Part shown: positions 1 through 6,577 of the stretch, piece after piece
Layout: each line of letters starts with the position of its first letter
How positions within the stretch are numbered: the first letter of the stretch is position 1
DNA from: a virus
Taxonomy: Duplodnaviria > Heunggongvirae > Uroviricota > Caudoviricetes
Virus record (IMG/VR): IMGVR_UViG_2695420859_000007
Location: 1-7,682 of that record
Direction: 5' to 3' (one strand)
Length of the DNA: 7,682 nucleotides
Translations under genes and position numbers: made by a program
The notes under the pieces: model-generated
What the model was told of the DNA's origin: nothing
The model's input: the letters and a program-made list of their open reading frames with translations, nothing else
Databases searched by the model: none

Positions 1-206
1 AGTGATAAACATCCGGCTTCTTCCACCATCGCACCGGACAGGCGACTATGAGGGGACAACGCCGCGCTCCGTTAACGCGGTAAACCCCGGTGTGTATCGT
101 TTTTGATTATCCCCGCACACTCGCGCAGAGGAGTCTCCCTGTCGGGCTGCGGTCTCTGTTAATGCAGGAATACGGCGACAATACCGCGCATGGATAATAA
201 GGTCGC

Positions 207-431
207 TCAACACACTGGCTGTAATGCAGCGGATACCATGCGGCATTTAGCGGCATTCATCGTACACTCCACGGTTAGCTCTTCATTCGTGGCATTCACC
301 TGAAAGGTCCGGGAGTGTAATTGCGTACATTTACCACTGAACGAACCTTCAACAAGAACACGACCACGCTGCAAAATACGGAACGGAATTGTTCCCTGAA
401 AAGGTTCTACGGTTACCCGTAATTTCTTCAT
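207..431 (-). CDS. Hypothetical 74-aa protein, translationally coupled to Rz
   Basis: Its ATG overlaps the Rz stop (ATGA), and GGAGGA lies 4 nt upstream. Translates as [74 protein letters not shown], with four Cys. I do not recognise it, and it is not Bor-like. Confidence 0.45.
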   Translation of the reverse strand: MKKLRVTVEPFQGTIPFRILQRGRVLVEGSFSGKCTQLHSRTFQVNATNEELTVECTMNAAKCRMVSAALQPVC

Positions 432-922
432 GTATCCTCCGGATAATAAAAAGCCAGCTTAGTGCACTGAGTGCGGATATATTCCTGCGCCCCTTCCAGC
501 TGCTTCTGCATTGTCATCAACCGTTCTCTGAGGATGAAATAATCCCGTTCAGCGGTGTCTGCCAGTCGGGGGCCGGTTGCATTATCCACGCTGGAGGTGC
601 CGGTGGCTTCACGCACGGTACCGGAGCAGGTGGCGTTGATCCGCAGGCGCTTACGACCAGCGGCAACATCAGCGCGCAGAGTTTCATTTTCAGCTCTCGC
701 ATCGGCTAATTCCTTCGTGTATCTGGCATCAAGTGCAGCAACATCACGCTGGCGCTGCTGCATATCAGTAATGGTTGCATTTGCCTGCTCCAGCTCACTG
801 ACTTTTTTATCGCGCTGCTCTTTGTAGGTTATGGCGTTATCACGGTAATGATTCAGCCCCAGACTAAGCACACCACAGGCTACCAGCAGGACAATAATCA
901 CCACACACAGAACACGGTTCAT
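428..922 (-). CDS. Rz: Spanin inner-membrane subunit Rz (i-spanin)
   Basis: From the ATG at 922: [39 protein letters not shown]...[17 protein letters not shown]...[18 protein letters not shown], closely matching lambda Rz. SD GGTGGTGA upstream. The track's GTG start at 1006 is a spurious 5' extension. Confidence 0.9.
   Translation of the reverse strand: MNRVLCVVIIVLLVACGVLSLGLNHYRDNAITYKEQRDKKVSELEQANATITDMQQRQRDVAALDARYTKELADARAENETLRADVAAGRKRLRINATCSGTVREATGTSSVDNATGPRLADTAERDYFILRERLMTMQKQLEGAQEYIRTQCTKLAFYYPEDT
517..702 (-). CDS. Rz1: Spanin outer-membrane lipoprotein subunit Rz1 (o-spanin), embedded in the +1 frame of Rz
   Basis: [22 protein letters not shown]... with a lipobox (VSAC) and a Pro-rich body ([27 protein letters not shown]) matching lambda Rz1. 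Confidence 0.85.
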   Translation of the reverse strand: MRELKMKLCALMLPLVVSACGSTPPAPVPCVKPPAPPAWIMQPAPDWQTPLNGIISSSENG

Positions 923-923
923 A

Positions 924-1010
924 TCACCACCAACGGATTGCCCAGACCAGAACAGCAATGGCCACAATACGAATAGCAAATGCCATTGCCCGAATAAGTT
1001 CAGCACTCAT
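924..1010 (-). CDS. Small hydrophobic ORF-3 (28 aa), ending 1 nt before the Rz ATG
   Basis: Translates as [28 protein letters not shown]. It shares the motif RA[LM]AFAI[KR].VA[VI] with ORF-2. It sits in a third frame and may be a frameshifted fragment. Confidence 0.25.
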   Translation of the reverse strand: MSAELIRAMAFAIRIVAIAVLVWAIRWW

Positions 1011-1021
1011 CTTTTTAAAGT

Positions 1022-1144
1022 TCACGATTTCAGCGCAATGACCAGTTTTGCCAGCCCATACAGCATCGGAGACACAGCAATACCAACAGCCACCCACTTA
1101 ATAGCAAAAGCCAGCGCTCTGCTGATGTCATCAGTCACTGTCAC
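1022..1144 (-). CDS. Small hydrophobic ORF-2 (about 40 codons, GTG start overlapping the ORF-1 stop)
   Basis: GTGA overlap with the ORF-1 stop. Translates as (M)TVTDDISRALAFAIKWVAVGIAVSPMLYGLAKLVIALKS*. It is the C-terminal part of track ORF 1022..1294. Confidence 0.3.
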   Translation of the reverse strand: MTVTDDISRALAFAIKWVAVGIAVSPMLYGLAKLVIALKS

Positions 1145-1272
1145 CCCAGCAGCCCCGACGAAGACAACATCACCCAGGCGAGGGACAGAAAAAGAGCAAC
1201 CAGCATTAGTGAAAATGAAATACCGACAATCACACACAGGACCTTTGCCGGCGTTATGAGTTTGTCTGACAT
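1141..1272 (-). CDS. Small hydrophobic ORF-1 (42 aa), single predicted TM
   Basis: ATG at 1272 preceded by a strong SD (AAGGGG, 5-nt spacer). Translates as MSDKLITPAKVLCVIVGISFSLMLVALFLSLAWVMLSSGLLG*. Absent from the ORF track because it is short. Confidence 0.4.
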   Translation of the reverse strand: MSDKLITPAKVLCVIVGISFSLMLVALFLSLAWVMLSSSGLLG

Positions 1273-1439
1273 AGCTACCCCTTAATTGCCACAATTAACT
1301 GGGATACTACCCATAAAAAAGGGATGCTCCAGACCAGCAAAAATTTCCAGTTTGGTAATTGACTAATCATGAGTCGCAACTCCCTAATCAGTTTGCTAAA
1401 ATCAATCAAGGCAGCCTCCCATAGCTTACTGCCATAAAA

Positions 1440-1476
1440 ACAAAACCCCGCTTGCTGCCAACAAACGGGGTTTTTA
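1440..1476. terminator. Hairpin with flanking A- and T-tracts (potentially bidirectional intrinsic terminator) downstream of R
   Basis: Plus strand AAAACCCCGcTTG-CTGCCAA-CAAaCGGGGTTTTT. On the minus strand it lies about 90 nt after the R stop. Confidence 0.5.
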
Positions 1477-1564
1477 CTTTTATTCACTTACGTTTCGCCA
1501 GTTCGCAGGATTTCGTGTTATCCGTCCGCCTTGGCCAACGTCATTTATTAGCAAAATATTCTGC

Positions 1565-2098
1565 TTATCTGTCGATTCCCCAGCACGCCAGCGCGCTCTC
1601 CTGGTCACGACGGGATACCTGACCGTAACAGTTATTTGAGCGAATACGGCAGTCTCTGCCACCGTCCTTAATCCACCAGCGAATCGCCTCACATGCTCCC
1701 CTGCGATCACCAGCATTAATTCGTCTGTAAAACGTCGACGGGAAACACTTACCGGGACCAATGTTGTACGGACAGAATGACGCGATCCCCGCTTTCTGGG
1801 GTTCGGTCAATGGCACTTTGATGTTTTTCTCCACCCATGCCAGCGCCTTATCACGTTCGATGGCGTTAACCTGGTCGCATTTCTCCTTCGACAACTTCAT
1901 GCCCGGGACGACAGGTTTACCATCCACCAGAATGGCACCGCGACAGATGGTCCAGATACCCGCGCCATCACGGTATGCCGTGGTGTGGTTACCTTCCTTT
2001 TCATCCAGAAACTGGTCGAGAATGTCAGGCGCAGGCGCACCAGCGGCAATCAGCGCCAGAACGGCAGCCGACAGGCCGTATTTGATTTTGGTGTTCAT
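1565..2098 (-). CDS. R: SAR endolysin, GH24 T4-lysozyme-like muramidase (Stx-phage R type)
   Basis: 177 aa. The N-terminal Ala/Gly-rich weakly hydrophobic segment (YGLSAAVLALIAAGAPA) is typical of a signal-anchor-release domain. The catalytic spacing E-x8-D-x5-T sits in EGNHTTAYRDGAGIWT. The rest matches lambdoid and Stx-phage lysozymes. Confidence 0.9.
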   Translation of the reverse strand: MNTKIKYGLSAAVLALIAAGAPAPDILDQFLDEKEGNHTTAYRDGAGIWTICRGAILVDGKPVVPGMKLSKEKCDQVNAIERDKALAWVEKNIKVPLTEPQKAGIASFCPYNIGPGKCFPSTFYRRINAGDRRGACEAIRWWIKDGGRDCRIRSNNCYGQVSRRDQESALACWGIDR

Positions 2099-2134
2099 GG
2101 ATATATTAAATATTCAGCCGCTGTCCCTGGCCCA

Positions 2135-3124
2135 CTAAATACGCACTTTAAGATAAGTCAGCCCCGGATGAAGCCAGTAAGCCGGCACTTTTTTAAAAGG
2201 TGGAGTATTAAAATCACGAAGAAGAGCCTCCCGCACAATTGCATCCTTATCAGCACCACTGGCCAGCGCTTCAATCTCAGCGGCTACCTGAAGATATCCC
2301 ATGCAACGGCCCACGCGCTTCATCAGCCCCTGCTTTTTATTGTTCTTCAGGTAATCAATGGCAAATTCAATGAGCTCCTCACTGTGCTGGTGCGATGGAG
2401 GTGTTACTTTCCCATTTTCTGAGATGGTTATTTTCCCGGCATCACCGGATACAACAAAGGATGGCCGGTTACACTCCCATTCCAGCTCACTGAAATTATC
2501 ATTATGAATACTGAAACACTCTGCGAGATTTCTGCTCATCACTTTCCGGCAATAATCGTAAAACGCAGCAAACTGCTCATCGCGGCGTTTTTTTTCAGGC
2601 TGCTGAAGATGCTCTTTCAACCATGAAGCGCAGCTTAGATTCGCCGCGCGATCAGGAATAGCTTCTTTCATTTCGTCTGCTGCAAGCACCTCATTTTTTG
2701 TTGGGGTGCTTTTTTTCAATTCAGCGATATAGCACTCCAGTTTTTCAATACGCGATTCAACATCATCTTTTTCTGACCGCAGTGTTGACGGCGGCATCTT
2801 CAGAGAACAAGTAATTCTTCCCGGTAGCTTTCCTTTGTAGGTTATCAATACATCCTGCGCATCTAAAATTACGGGGCGCTTTTCCGGTGACGGTTCATCC
2901 CCTTCGCATAACCCGGCAACAATATCCATGAAAAACTGCTTCGCCTGTTTTTTCGCCTCAGCTTCGTAGAACTCCAGCGTGGCACCTTCAGTACGGTCAA
3001 GACTAATCGCCACATCTGGCAACAACAGTGACGGATACCCACCAATTTCCAGTGCCACAGTAACAGTAATCTTATCCGGGTAATTATTTATCCCTTTAAC
3101 ACCCAGTTCGTATTTTTTCTTCAT
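2135..3124 (-). CDS. Hypothetical protein, 329 aa, moron inserted between holin and endolysin; function unknown
   Basis: Long uninterrupted ORF on the operon strand. Its ATG lies 4 nt after the holin stop, with GGGGAG about 7 nt upstream. No signal peptide or TM segment. It has a charged, helical central region (SRIEKLECYIAELKK...EKKRRDEQFAAFYDY). I found no Walker, HNH or other motif I can trust. The DNA looks more AT-rich than the flanking lysis genes by eye. Confidence 0.7.
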   Translation of the reverse strand: MKKKYELGVKGINNYPDKITVTVALEIGGYPSLLLPDVAISLDRTEGATLEFYEAEAKKQAKQFFMDIVAGLCEGDEPSPEKRPVILDAQDVLITYKGKLPGRITCSLKMPPSTLRSEKDDVESRIEKLECYIAELKKSTPTKNEVLAADEMKEAIPDRAANLSCASWLKEHLQQPEKKRRDEQFAAFYDYCRKVMSRNLAECFSIHNDNFSELEWECNRPSFVVSGDAGKITISENGKVTPPSHQHSEELIEFAIDYLKNNKKQGLMKRVGRCMGYLQVAAEIEALASGADKDAIVREALLRDFNTPPFKKVPAYWLHPGLTYLKVRI

Positions 3125-3128
3125 CGCT

Positions 3129-3335
3129 TTACTCCCCCCGCGCCGCCTTACGACGGTCCTCCCTGATTTTGAAATACAGGTTAGTCAGATACGTCAGCAG
3201 GCCAAACAGCAGACTTCCCAGCACACCTATTGCCACCCACTGGGACGGAGAGACTTTGTCCAGCAGCTGCAGTAACCAGTATCCCGTCCCCACCGCTGAC
3301 GTGGTGTATGACACACCTGTTGTGATTTTTTCCAT
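3129..3335 (-). CDS. S: Holin, phage-21 S21-type pinholin (class II, two TM domains)
   Basis: 68 aa, [68 protein letters not shown]. This is near-identical in pattern to S21 (..[52 protein letters not shown]). Confidence 0.85.
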   Translation of the reverse strand: MEKITTGVSYTTSAVGTGYWLLQLLDKVSPSQWVAIGVLGSLLFGLLTYLTNLYFKIREDRRKAARGE

Positions 3336-3380
3336 CTGATGTATGTCTCCGTCACCGCCGACAGAAAATGAAAGTAAAGA

Positions 3381-3416
3381 AAAACAAAAAAGCCGCCAGT
3401 GTCACCCACTGACGGC
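3381..3416 (-). terminator. Rho-independent terminator between nanS-p and the holin gene (minus-strand orientation)
   Basis: Minus strand GCCGTCAG-TGGGTGACA-CTGGCGGC followed by TTTTTTGTTTTT: an 8-bp stem with one G-U pair. Confidence 0.5.
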
Positions 3417-3580
3417 CAACTCCGGGAGCCGTGATTATGGCATTCAGGCTCTGCTAAAAATGCCAGATAACATTCCGGCCTCCCCTGATTCAGGTTATAA
3501 ATGACACAATATCTTGACAACATCCGTCACTATCTGTCAGAAAATGTACTGCCAGATATAAGTATCATGTGAAGTACATC

Positions 3581-3617
3581 TACCCGTTTTAGCCAGCGTC
3601 CTTCAGAGTGGGCGCTG
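3581..3617 (+). terminator. Rho-independent terminator oriented for the plus strand, abutting the nanS-p 3' end
   Basis: Plus strand AGCCAGCGtCC-TTCAGAGT-GGgCGCTGGCT followed by TTTTTTT. The minus-strand reading has no U-tract after the hairpin. Confidence 0.45.
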
Positions 3618-3627
3618 GCTTTTTTTA

Positions 3628-5412
3628 TTATGCTGCGGGTGCATTTATCTCCAGCACCAGACTTTCTATCTCAACGCCATACGCTGCATTTTTTGTAACA
3701 TCCGTCAGCGTCAGCGCATTCAGTCCCAGTGTCAGACTGTCTTTTATAACCTGGAATGCCGGGCCAGCCACTCCATTCAGTTTCGGAGTAACCGTGGCAC
3801 TGCCGGCGGTGAACACCAGCTCCAGCGTCTGCCAGTCGTTACCGTAATCGCCGAACTCCCCCAGCTTCGTGTTTCCGGCTTTCCTGTGATGCATCAGATT
3901 CACTCTGCCGTCAGTGGTCTGAGTGAAGTACGACATCAGGAACGGATTACCGGTACCCGTCATCGCCACACCATCAGGAACGGGAGCATCCGTATACAGA
4001 TAAATCCCCAGCCCGAACTGATTGTTGGTCAGTGCGCCTGACAGGCGGAACTTACAGGTCAGTCTGCCGCCCTGTGTCAGCAGGGTAATTGCGTCATCCA
4101 CCGGATGCGTCAGGGACCAGGTTTTATTGCTCTGCTTGGTGATCTTAAATACACCATCTGACAACTGAATTCCGCCATCCTTAATGCTCCAGCCCTGCGC
4201 AGCAGCCTCTCCGGCTGCCGGCAGCAGGGAGATTGTGCGAACGGACGTATCTGCAGACGGACCCGATGGCGTGTTGCCGCCGGGCGAGGGTTTGATTTCC
4301 GGTGCCTTACCACTGATGAAGGCTGAGGTGCGCCCGGCTGCGTTCAGAATAGCGGTTGCCAGACGATCCGGAATAATGCTCCTGCGCGCCCATGAACTGA
4401 AATGTGTCGGGCGGTTTGATGATACCTGGTTTCCATTCGTTCTCGATGCCGCACCGTAATATCCTGATGCCGGAATATCCGGATCTTCTGCCGGCGCGTT
4501 AGTGGCGGTATTGACACCGTTACCGTCTGTCATGAAGGGCACAAAATAAACGCCCTCACTCTCCCTGTTTTTATACCCGCCGTACACGGTGTCGTAACTG
4601 CCACCATGGCACTGCGCGTTAAACACGGAGAGGTCAGCACGAAACTGTGTCAGCATGGCTGTAAACAGCGCAGGTTGCTGTGCGTGGGTGGCGGCGCTCA
4701 TGTCAAACTCACCCTGCATCCAGCAGACGGCCAGCAGAACGTTTTTGGGATTTTTCTGCAATGCCGCTTTTGTGCGGGAAATCAGATCCTGATATAACGG
4801 CTTGCCCACCCCCCAGCGTGCCGAATCCTGACTGGCCCCCGTGGACTCGCTGAATGTCCCCTCCGCGCCCTGGGTAAATGCCGAACCACCACGACAGCAT
4901 GGTACCAGCAGGATCCCCGCGTTATTCGGGATATACGGGAGCAGTTTTTTGGCAATATGTAAACCCTGGCCGACACAGCCGTACTGCCCTTTGCTCAGGT
5001 CAGCCCTCGGATGATTCAGCGTACTCATATCCTGCACATCATGCAGACAGTGGTCAGCCGGAATAATATCGTTATATCTGCAGGCAGCCCCGCCCGGCGT
5101 CACTGTACTGCGGCGCGCCAGCTGTTTAATGCGCGGATCCGGAGCATCGTATGAATCCGGCAGCGGAAGCCCTTCACCGTAAGCCATGGCATTGGACTGC
5201 CCGGCCAGTACGATGACGTAGTACCACTCCGGCTCAGTTGCACCACTGACCACCACATCACCTTCTGCTGTAATCGCCTGCATCAGGGTATAAGGGGTTA
5301 TGGCCACCGGACTACCAAACGGCTGCCAGCCCTCTTTCAGTTTGTGTGTCAGCTTTTCCGCAAGGTCTGACGGCGACGCCGCCCTGACAACATCATAATG
5401 TTTAAATGTCAT
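3628..5412 (-). CDS. nanS-p: Prophage-encoded 9-O-acetyl-sialic acid esterase NanS-p (SGNH/DUF303-type esterase with a C-terminal lectin-like domain)
   Basis: 594 aa. The N-terminus MTFKHYDVVRAASPSDLAEKL and the esterase motif LAGQSNAM match the YjhS/NanS-p proteins found downstream of stx in Stx phages, as I recall them. The start has a good SD (GGGAGGA). Its position immediately upstream of S is the usual one. Confidence 0.85.
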   Translation of the reverse strand: MTFKHYDVVRAASPSDLAEKLTHKLKEGWQPFGSPVAITPYTLMQAITAEGDVVVSGATEPEWYYVIVLAGQSNAMAYGEGLPLPDSYDAPDPRIKQLARRSTVTPGGAACRYNDIIPADHCLHDVQDMSTLNHPRADLSKGQYGCVGQGLHIAKKLLPYIPNNAGILLVPCCRGGSAFTQGAEGTFSESTGASQDSARWGVGKPLYQDLISRTKAALQKNPKNVLLAVCWMQGEFDMSAATHAQQPALFTAMLTQFRADLSVFNAQCHGGSYDTVYGGYKNRESEGVYFVPFMTDGNGVNTATNAPAEDPDIPASGYYGAASRTNGNQVSSNRPTHFSSWARRSIIPDRLATAILNAAGRTSAFISGKAPEIKPSPGGNTPSGPSADTSVRTISLLPAAGEAAAQGWSIKDGGIQLSDGVFKITKQSNKTWSLTHPVDDAITLLTQGGRLTCKFRLSGALTNNQFGLGIYLYTDAPVPDGVAMTGTGNPFLMSYFTQTTDGRVNLMHHRKAGNTKLGEFGDYGNDWQTLELVFTAGSATVTPKLNGVAGPAFQVIKDSLTLGLNALTLTDVTKNAAYGVEIESLVLEINAPAA

Positions 5413-5444
5413 TATTCCTCCCGGCCGGGATAGTGTATTAAATC

Positions 5445-5491
5445 AGATATGGAGTGGGCTGTAGTCCGGAAGCCTGAATGACACACGGGGA
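5445..5491. repeat. Perfect 12-13 bp inverted repeat with 21-nt spacer in the nanS-p upstream region
   Basis: GGGCTGTAGTCC (5446..5457) and GGACTACAGCCC (5479..5490) are exact reverse complements. The repeat lies about 35-80 nt upstream of the nanS-p ATG and has no U-tract on either side. Confidence 0.6.
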
Positions 5492-5595
5492 CTACAGCCC
5501 AAGAAATGAAAAAAGGCCACGCAGTTGCGCAGCCTGATAAACCCTGGTTAAAATCCACACGATAACAACACAACAATATCAGTATCTCATGCTAT

Positions 5596-5621
5596 TGCCC
5601 GAACCCATTCGGGCATTTTTT
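5596..5621 (+). terminator. Rho-independent terminator (plus-strand orientation), convergent with the one at 5628..5651
   Basis: Plus strand TGCCCGAA-CCCA-TTCGGGCA followed by TTTTTT. Confidence 0.5.
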
Positions 5622-5627
5622 ACCCAT

Positions 5628-5651
5628 AAAAAAGCCCCTCCGGAGAGGGGC
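5628..5651 (-). terminator. Rho-independent terminator (minus-strand orientation)
   Basis: Minus strand GCCCCTC-TCCG-GAGGGGC followed by TTTTTTAT: a 7-bp GC-rich stem, 4-nt loop and U-tract. Confidence 0.55.
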
Positions 5652-5818
5652 ATGTTTGCATGCACATTCTTTTTCTTGCATGGTGCCGGGTGCCTCCCGG
5701 TGAATTCAGTATCAGCACCTGAATCCGCGATTATCACATATACCTGGTTGCTGATTGCCCCTCCGCACAGGGGGATTCACCATGCAGTAGTATTTTTAAT
5801 AAACAGTAAACAAAAAAA

Positions 5819-5986
5819 TCAAGCATTATGCAGGCTGTTTCTTTTTATCACCGGCCACAGCAATACCACAATGCCGCAGACCAGCACCCCATCCGCCAGC
5901 ACCGACATGATTCTGCTGGTGAAATCCACCATCACCACCAGAAACAGCAGGAGTGCAGCCACAGCCAGGCGCAGTTTTACCGTCAC
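5819..5986 (-). CDS. Small hydrophobic ORF (55 codons from GTG; possible internal ATG starts), two predicted TM segments
   Basis: Its GTG overlaps the TerB-remnant stop (GTGA). It translates as VTVKLRLAVAALLLFLVVMVDFTSRIMSVLADGVLVCGIVVLLWPVIKRNSLHNA*. There is no strong SD, so it could be a chance ORF. Confidence 0.2.
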   Translation of the reverse strand: MTVKLRLAVAALLLFLVVMVDFTSRIMSVLADGVLVCGIVVLLWPVIKRNSLHNA

Positions 5987-6443
5987 TGGTGATTCTCCAG
6001 ACGAAGACCCAGAACACCGGCAATCTCTTCCAGCACCTTGCGCTCTTCCGGCTCAATTTCGCCGTCTGCCTCCGCAATGGCCACCGCCACATCCAGCACA
6101 TCTTCCGCTTCACGCGTATCGTGTTTCACATCCTCGATCTCACGTAACGCCGCACGACGACCAATTTTAAAGTTCGTATCCAGCTGACCGATAATGGTTG
6201 CGCTAATCGCATTAATTTCTGACGTAAACGCGGACAGCGCAGGCTGATTACGCAGTACCTGTTCGATCTTCGCTTTCTAGGAAGCCTCACATTCACCATC
6301 TGCACAGGCCACCAGGTAGGCAGCATTAATAACCGCCTGTGCCAGATCGCGTTTCTCAAACTTTCCTTTTTCCGGTTAACGTGACACACCAATAACTCTT
6401 GTCGAAAAAGCCAGCAAGCTGAAAGACCGGTATTCACAACCAC
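5983..6443 (-). pseudogene. TerB-family (tellurite-resistance TerB-like) gene remnant, disrupted by an in-frame TAG and at least one frameshift
   Basis: The C-terminal ~97 codons are intact (KAKIEQVLRNQPALSAF...LDVAVAIAEADGEIEPEERKVLEEIAGVLGLRLENHQ*) and show the two TerB-like 'hydrophobic-ADGE' repeats. Upstream the frame is broken by TAG (plus-strand ctag near 6278), a TAA, and a frame change in the run ggaaaaaggaaag. The ORF track splits it into out-of-frame ORFs 6126..6443 and 5826..6113. Confidence 0.5.
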
Positions 6444-6480
6444 CAGCGCGTTTACTGTACTGGCGTGATTTCAGTCATAA

Positions 6481-6507
6481 AAAAACCCGCCTGGCGACGG
6501 GTGTAAA
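6481..6507 (-). terminator. Candidate tR'-like intrinsic terminator downstream of pR'
   Basis: Minus strand ACCCG-TCGCCAGG-CGGGT followed by TTTTTTT, about 45 nt downstream of the putative start. The stem is only 5 bp, so this is a modest terminator. Confidence 0.4.
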
Positions 6508-6529
6508 AAATCTTCTAACGTCAGGCATA

Positions 6530-6577
6530 AAACGCCCATCGTTAGGGCAAATTTACCACAGATTCGGGAAAAATCAA
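6530..6577 (-). promoter_or_regulatory. pR'-like late promoter with qut-like element
   Basis: Minus strand just after the Q stop reads TTGATT-(16 nt)-TAAATTTGCCCTAACGATGGGCG. This closely resembles lambda pR' (TTGACT...GGTAAATTTGACTCAACGATGGGTTAA), including the -10 TAAATT and the ACGATGGG start region. Confidence 0.6.

Noticed and set aside
46-246. Minus-strand 66-aa ORF at the window start
   Set aside because: Overlaps the 3' end of the better-supported 74-aa ORF by 40 nt, has no recognisable RBS or similarity; kept as unresolved.
389-709. Plus-strand ORF of 106 aa overlapping Rz/Rz1
   Set aside because: Antisense shadow of the well-supported Rz/Rz1 genes; low-complexity Gly/Ala-rich translation; no RBS.
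923-1006. N-terminal extension of Rz in the ORF track (GTG at 1006, MLNLFGQW...)
   Set aside because: The lambda Rz homology begins at the ATG at 922, which has its own SD; the extension is an upstream open frame, not the real start.
1038-1259. Plus-strand 73-aa ORF between R and Rz
   Set aside because: Thr/Pro/Ala/Ser-rich low-complexity translation typical of the antisense of hydrophobic codons; no SD. The minus-strand small ORFs with a strong SD are better supported.
1275-1487. Minus-strand 70-aa ORF spanning the terminator hairpin
   Set aside because: It runs through the intrinsic terminator at 1440..1476 and the good SD belongs to the ATG at 1272 in another frame; likely non-coding leader.
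1480-2422. Overlapping ORFs 1480..1761(-), 1761..2138(+), 1985..2422(+)
   Set aside because: Alternative-frame or antisense reads across the endolysin and the moron; no independent support.
3227-3523. Minus-strand 98-aa ORF overlapping the holin start
   Set aside because: Out-of-frame overlap with the well-supported holin and passes through the terminator at 3381..3416.
3608-5066. Several 60-90-aa ORFs on both strands inside nanS-p
   Set aside because: All lie within the 594-aa nanS-p reading frame region in alternative frames or antisense; typical shadow ORFs.
5589-6170. Plus-strand 193-aa ORF
   Set aside because: It reads straight through both convergent terminator hairpins and is antisense to the TerB-like remnant; low-complexity translation.
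5826-6443. Track ORFs 5826..6113(-) and 6126..6443(-) as separate genes
   Set aside because: Their translations are Arg/Trp-rich nonsense. They are out-of-frame reads of the TerB-like pseudogene and the small hydrophobic ORF; the meaningful frame is the one with the DG-repeat TerB signature.
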